A stretch of 63,995 nucleotides of DNA, the filler included, from Piptocephalis cylindrospora (Eukaryota), in the NCBI GenBank assembly GCA_003614145.1. It is 5 parts of 5 records of this genome, joined end to end, with 100 filler letters (N's around TTAATTAATTAA, not from the genome) between each part and the next. Parts side by side here need not be neighbours in the genome. Positions count along the whole stretch, not along the records: positions 55,121 to 63,995 come from KZ988123.1; 4 more parts are not named here. One strand, written 5' to 3'. Below the pieces are notes generated by a model. It saw only the letters and a program-made list of their open reading frames with translations, was not told the origin of the DNA and did not search any database. A program made the position numbers and the translations under genes. Each line of letters opens with the position of its first letter. The first letter of the stretch is position 1. Positions 58,215 through 63,995 of this stretch are shown here, piece by piece.

Positions 58215-59442
58215 TCCTGGGTTATTCTGGAGACAAAAAGACGGCCAAGCTATGCATTCTTGATCTGTCTACTCGGCAGTGAGAGATATTTCCATCTTTT
58301 ATTCTCCTTCCCGTTAGACTATTTTGTCTAGTATAGGCAGTCTATAAGGGCTTGGCTGGGTTTGGATACTTTCCTCATAGCTGTGAATATTTCCTTTATC
58401 GCTTCTTTTTTGACACTAATGCAAAAGTAGTGATTCTCACCTTTTGATCATTTTCTAAGCTGATGAAGAAAAAAGCAAACGTCCATCCCATTCTTTCCGT
58501 CCTCTTTTATACCGACCCCAGTAAAAGCCCCTTATAGGATCGCTTGAAGATCCTTTTTGAAAGGAGCACGATACGTAGTGGGTTTTCTGTTCACAAGTCT
58601 ATGTATTTTTCCAGATCCTTACATTTTCTTCATCCCAGAAAACACCATTCTTTAGCGTCTATACTATGCATATAAAAATGGAATGTTGCTCAATGGCTCC
58701 TTGCAAGCTTGATAATCATCAAAGTTGACCTTTTTGGGGGAAAGCGCATGCATTCAAGAAATACGACGACTATCCTACTCTGTTGGTCAATGCACTTGTC
58801 TAGTACTTACTCGAGTGACCTTCCTTCCTCCCCATCTACTCTCTCACTCTGGTAATAAACTGGTATTAATTTTTTCTCTTTCTCTTCCCCATGCCCTGCC
58901 CACTCTTTCATGCGCCTACACACTATTTCAAGGATACTAGTCTAATGAAAATACTGAATGTCTACAAATGCTACATCAGACTTCATACAAAAAATCAAGC
59001 GCTAATCTGAATCGTCTCGAATGGTAAACATGTCTAAAATCAAGTATAAAAGTAAGCTGGGGACGCATCGCCTTTGACCCCATGCTCATTTCTCGCTGTA
59101 TGCCTCTTCTGTACTCTCAATGACCATTCCATCCATTCCATTAAATCCTAGTGAATTCCTGTTTGTTCAGCTTGAGAATCATAGAGACCCCTGCATGTGT
59201 ATGCGCCCCTTCTCCCACAACCATAGTGACTCTAAACAACACCATCAGTAAGCTCAAATCAATCCAACTCAGCTGGAGGGAGGACCCTTAAAAAGAACTA
59301 CGGCAGATCCCCACTCCGATGGGACAGGCCAGGGAGATCCTCATTTCCTGGTCCGATATAGTGATCTTGGCGGAATTGAGGGGTTCGACCTGGGCAACCC
59401 GCCAGTCCATCCCTCCTTCCCCCTCTTCCTCTAATCTTCTCG

Positions 59443-59967
59443 ATGCCTTTTTGCTTACCATCCTCGAAAGCACTTCCAGAATCCCCAAACCCACCGTGCG
59501 CATTTTGCCACCCAGAGTACCCGGACCAGGCGGCTCGGATAGCCAAGCTTCCAGAGGCCGAGTTGAACCCACCAGATCTGGTAGCCTTCCATGACTTACA
59601 TCCGGCTGGAAAGCCCCATCTTCTGGTGTGCCCTCGTAGCCATATCCGGGATATTCGGGCCCTTCGGCCGGGAAACCCTGAGGATCAAATTTTGCTTGCG
59701 AACATGATTCAATATGGAAAAGCCCTGTTGGCCCAGCACCTGTCGGATGGCCAGGATACCCGTATCCGACTGGGCTTCCACCGCCCCCCTTTCATCTCGG
59801 TCCCACACCTCCATCTTCATTGTATTGCCCAAGTACCTACGAGGGGCTGGAGACGATTCAAGTATCCAGGCAAGGTCAAGGCTACGCCCTGGTGGATAGA
59901 TGCCCATGAGCTGCAACAGCGTATTGGTTTCCCTCCCCCTGTGCCGGCACATGCTAATTTGTCGTAG
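59443..59967 (+). CDS. HIT-family hydrolase (HINT3/aprataxin-like)
   Basis: CAFC, DLHPAGKPHLLVCPRSHI and RLGFHRPPFISVPHLHLHCI (HxHxH triad). Confidence 0.9.
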   Translation: MPFCLPSSKALPESPNPPCAFCHPEYPDQAARIAKLPEAELNPPDLVAFHDLHPAGKPHLLVCPRSHIRDIRALRPGNPEDQILLANMIQYGKALLAQHLSDGQDTRIRLGFHRPPFISVPHLHLHCIAQVPTRGWRRFKYPGKVKATPWWIDAHELQQRIGFPPPVPAHANLS

Positions 59968-60277
59968 TAAATGAGTATTATTATTATCATCATCATCGTT
60001 GTTGTTGCTGTAGCATATGATGCACGAGTCATAAATTGGTTTCATTGAATAAAAGAAAGACAGGGTAGATTCAGGGATTCTCTTCTTTTTTTTAAATTCA
60101 ATCCTCCATCCTCGTTTCAGCCCTATCCCTCATATCTAAGGACGTAATATCCCCCCCTCCTCCTCCACACTCCTTCTTCATCCTCAAAGGACAAAACACA
60201 GACACAGACACACACAGACACACACACAGGCAAGGATAAACAGCATCCCTATCCCCGGTCATCGGGTACGTGGCTAC

Positions 60278-61971
60278 TTACTCTTCATCGGGGTGCTGGG
60301 TGATGACATCATCGATCTTGAGGATCATCTTAACCAGCTGGGTGGCCAGGAGGTACTGTTGCCTCTTGGAAATGAGGGGATCGACGACATGCTGCTCACG
60401 CATGTCATTGGAGCCCTTGGAAAGACAATCGATGCCGAGGTTGGAGTGACCGGTGGTGGCCTGGGCGGTCTTGACGGCGGCCAGAGTCTCGATGGGGGAG
60501 AAGCCGCTGTTCTCAGCCAGGGCCAAGGGGGTGGCGTCGAGAGCGGAGGCAAAGCCTCGCATAGCGTACTGCTCGATGGAGGAGACCTCGTCGGCGGCGC
60601 GCTCGACGGCGAGGGAACAGCTGATCTCAGCGGCACCGCCTCCGTAGACGACGCGGTTATCACGGACGAGATTACGGACAACGCACATGGCATCGTGAAG
60701 AGAACGCTTGGCCTCGTCGATGATCATCTTGTTACCACCACGGACAAAGACGGTAACGGCACGGGTGTTGGCGCATTCCTCGATGACGAGCATGCGGTCA
60801 CGGGTGGTGCCAAAGGTGAGTTCCCGGACCTTCCCAGCGGTACCGAGCTTGGTGGCGGACAGGTCCTCGAAGCGGGGGACGATGCGGCCATTGGTGGCAA
60901 TGGCGATGAGCTCGAGCTCGGGACCTCCAACCCAACGGACGGCGGGAAGTTTGTTCTGAAGGAGAAGATGGTTGGCCTCATCATCAAAACCCCACTGGCA
61001 GATGACGAGGTTAGCACCGGTGTCCTTGACCTGGGAGACCATTTCCTCAAACTTGGCGGACTCATACTCCCGGAGCTTCCGGTATTCCTCAGGGGAGGTG
61101 ATGTCGAGACGGTGCTTGGTCTTGGGCTTTGGGGGCTCAAAGGGACAGGTAAGGATGGCGATACGGGCATCGTCGATCTCCCGGGGCATCTGGGGATGGG
61201 AGAAGTCCTTGTCGATGACCACACCCTTGACCAGACGGGTGTCGGCCAGGGAGCCTCCCTGTTTGCCCTCGACCTTGACGAGCTCAAAGTCAACATCCTT
61301 GCGCTCAAGATCGGCGACGCTGAGGACGGCATCGACGGCAATGTGGGCGAATTGTTCATGGCACTTGGAGACGATCTTGGAGCCGAGGGAGGTCATGGCG
61401 CACTTGAAGAGGTTGGAGGTGTCCTCTGGGGTGAAGGGCACGACATCGGCGATAGTGTCGAGATGGGAGACAGCAAGCTGACAGGCGCGCTCGAAACCAT
61501 CGGAGATACGGATGGGGTGAATGCCACGGTCGAGGAGGGATTCGGCCTGCTCCAGGAGAGCACCAGCCAGGACGACGACACCAGTGGTACCATCACCAAT
61601 CTCATCGTCCTGGGACTGGGAGAGTTGGACGAGAAGACGGGCAATCTGGTGTTCAACGTGCATCTGACCCAGAATGGTGGCACCGTCGTTGGTGACGGTG
61701 ATATCACCATCCGGGGAGATGAGGATCTTATCCAGGCCGCGGGGGCCCAGAGAGGTACGGATGATCTGAGCGACCGACTTTGCGGCTTGGATGTGAGCCT
61801 ATAGGGAGAAGGGGATGAGCGGAGAGGGAGAGGGAAAAAGGATGTGGTGTGTGTATGTGTGGGATCCAGTACCTTTTGGGCCTCAATACCGGACATGCGG
61901 GCCTTTTTCTGCTGCTCCCGAACAATGATGAACGGGCGACCATACTCGTCCGTGGCGTAGACAGCGCTCAT
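60278..61971 (-). CDS. CCT5: T-complex protein 1 subunit epsilon
   Basis: [55 protein letters not shown] and [12 protein letters not shown]; intron ~61805-61872. Confidence 0.98.
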
Positions 61972-62712
61972 AGTGATGAAAGGTGAGGTGAGGGGAGGAG
62001 GAGGAGGAGGAGGATGGAGGGGGGGGGAGGGGAAGTAAGGAAGAAGTAAAGAGAAGGGAAGAGGTAAGGGAGTTGGGAGGAGAAGAGCTCTCTAGACCGA
62101 GTTGGGCAGGGCCCTTGAGGGAGAGAAATGGTGCAGTGAGCGAGAGAGTGGGTGTGGATGGGCGGAGAAGGGGGTGGCGAGAAGAGAGGGAAGTGAGGGC
62201 GGCGCGGTTGAAGTGAGGGGCGCGAGGGCGCGTTGGCAGGTGGAGTTTGGTGGGACATGAATCGGGGCGAGAGAGGTCTCTGTAAGTGATGTGTGAGGCC
62301 TGAAGTCTCTGGGTCCAGGTGGCGGCGAGTGTGGCCCCCCATTGCACTGCGCTATACACTGCACTATACTGGACACAGACAACAACAGCACCCAGGCTTG
62401 CAGTAGGGCAGAGTGGGTGGTTTTAGAGCGCGCGTATGGCATCTAGGGTGGGGAAGCGGGAAGGACATGGGAGATGATGGGATGGTTTGAACCGATCAAA
62501 AGCAGAATTAGAAGAAAAGGCCCATGGAATAGGACGGTTTGAATCGATCGACCATGAATGATTATGAACCATGGTTTTGGCCGGTGGACACGCTCACATC
62601 ATCATCCTTCCTCCTCCACTTCCCTCAAAAGCACATAGACAGACAAGCAAGCAAGCATCACTACATGTATAAAAAGAACCCATCTTCATCGGCTGTTCCA
62701 ACACACCCCACC

Positions 62713-63195
62713 TCAACTGTTGACGGAGAACTTGTGGCTGCCACAGCCCATTCAAAGATGAATGATAATTAGTACAATACAGCGCAGTACAGCCTCTTCC
62801 TCTCTCCAACTCATCGCATGGACTTACCCGCACTTGACACAATTGTAAAAGACGGTCTGGCCCTCATCAGCCGATCGAAGCTGCATGGTGTGGAAGGACA
62901 TCTCGGGAGCCCCACACTGAGGACAGGCTTCGGCAATGGTAGCGGCCTGTTCCCGCTCCCCGGACCTTTGCTGCACAAGACCGCGTTTGCTCTTCAGCAC
63001 GGAGGGGAAGGCAGAGGGGGCCGAGTGGGTCACCACCTCTAGGGTCCCCATCTGCTCGGTCGAGTGAACCAAAGAGCATACTTCGCATGTCACGGCTGTG
63101 CTCTGACCCAGGGATTCCAGGAGGTTGCCGCATCGGTGGCAAAAGACCATGGACCCAAAGGTGGTCTGGGACTTTGATGCTGGGCTTTGAGGCAT
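62713..63195 (-). CDS. RPA12: RNA polymerase I subunit A12
   Basis: FCHRCGNLL...CEVC; CPQCG...FHTMQLRSADEGQTVFYNCVKCG|HKFSVNS*; intron ~62741-62827. Confidence 0.95.
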
Positions 63196-63784
63196 GATGG
63201 TAATAACGAATGGATGGGGAAAAGAGGATGAAGAGAAGGGGACAAGGGATTTACTTTTTTTTGGGAGCTCTATGAAGATCCCAGAGTGTCGTGCAATTGC
63301 TTTTTAAAGTGCGTTTTTGTGAATTTTTGTGCGCTTTTTTCATCCGAGAGACGTGTGGGAGATGATGAGCAGGATGCATGCTTTCATGGTGGCAGGTAGC
63401 ACAAGACCAGGGAGAGAGGCACATAATGATCGAAAGTCGTGTGCGTCGGTCTAGGGTGTAGATATATAGAGGGAAAGGTGTTGCTGTTGGGATCAAATGG
63501 AGTGATAATGTACATATTCAGCTGATCTATTTGTACTGGTTTTATATATCTATCTATCTACAGAGCAGAGGAGGACCTTGGATACCTGGAGTGGTCCTCA
63601 TGAATCGATGGTCGTGGTTGGTTTATAGAGGAGGGAGGAGGAGGAGGAGACTTGAAAAGCGCACAAAAAAGACCAATTGGGTTTCATGAGAGGCCATTCT
63701 CCTCACGGCCTCCTCCCCCCCTCCCCCCCTCCACTTATCACATGCCCCCAGCATCAACCACAAAGAAAAAAAAGAAACATCTCA

Positions 63785-63995
63785 TCAGGTGGCCACCCGT
63801 CCTCGAGTCTCAATCGGGAGGAGGACCATACAAACGCCAGCTAGAGCAAAGACCCCAGCGCTGACCCAAAGGGGGATGGCGAGGGAAAGGGAGAGGAGGA
63901 GGCCAGTGAGGATAGGAGCCGCAATGCCGGCGACCCTGCCAAGGGCCGAGGCAATGCCGCAGGCGGACCCGCGGATGCGGGCGTCAAAGACCTCC
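63785..63995 (-). CDS. MFS transporter C-terminal fragment (SV2/sugar-porter-like)
   Basis: EVFDARIRGSACGIASALGRVAGIAAPIL...MVLLPIETRGR*. Confidence 0.85.
   Translation of the reverse strand, partial: EVFDARIRGSACGIASALGRVAGIAAPILTGLLLSLSLAIPLWVSAGVFALAGVCMVLLPIETRGRVAT

Noticed and set aside
60293..61804. 503-aa plus-strand ORF
   Set aside because: Antisense shadow of CCT5 caused by strong codon bias; the same applies to the antisense ORFs over IPP1 and H3.

Overview
Eukaryotic, intron-containing fungal DNA. The gene set and codon style suggest an early-diverging fungus, possibly a zoopagalean such as Piptocephalis; this is inference only. The window joins five contigs with artificial N/TTAATTAATTAA/N linkers (13783-13882, 27625-27724, 41326-41425, 55021-55120), so synteny holds only within each piece. 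Housekeeping genes: VPS52 (partial), IPP1, mitoribosomal mS45/Bot1, MIM2, ROM2-type RhoGEF (partial), ASH2/BRE2, MDM31, PUS7, UBC13, MIS18, SOM1 (partial), a TRAF7-like RING-WD40 protein, a HINT3-like protein, CCT5, RPA12, and partial aldo-keto reductase and MFS genes. The most interesting accessory content is: (1) a 13.6-kb contig whose only recognisable genes are four co-oriented secreted repeat-protein genes, two built from a shared two-cysteine module (G[VI]HAxV...CxN[AV]LGxxxPC, 13 copies) partly separated by KR (Kex2-type) sites, i.e. candidate precursors of repellent- or chaplin-like disulfide peptides; (2) a tandem pair of intronless signal-peptide-bearing kinases, one with intact HRD/DFG and one a pseudokinase, reminiscent of parasite effector pairs; (3) a divergent histone H3 lacking S10 and T11, next to a cluster of LINE, Merlin and Gypsy relics; (4) an NMT1-like fragment abutting a Merlin-end repeat, and a secreted ricin-B-like protein.
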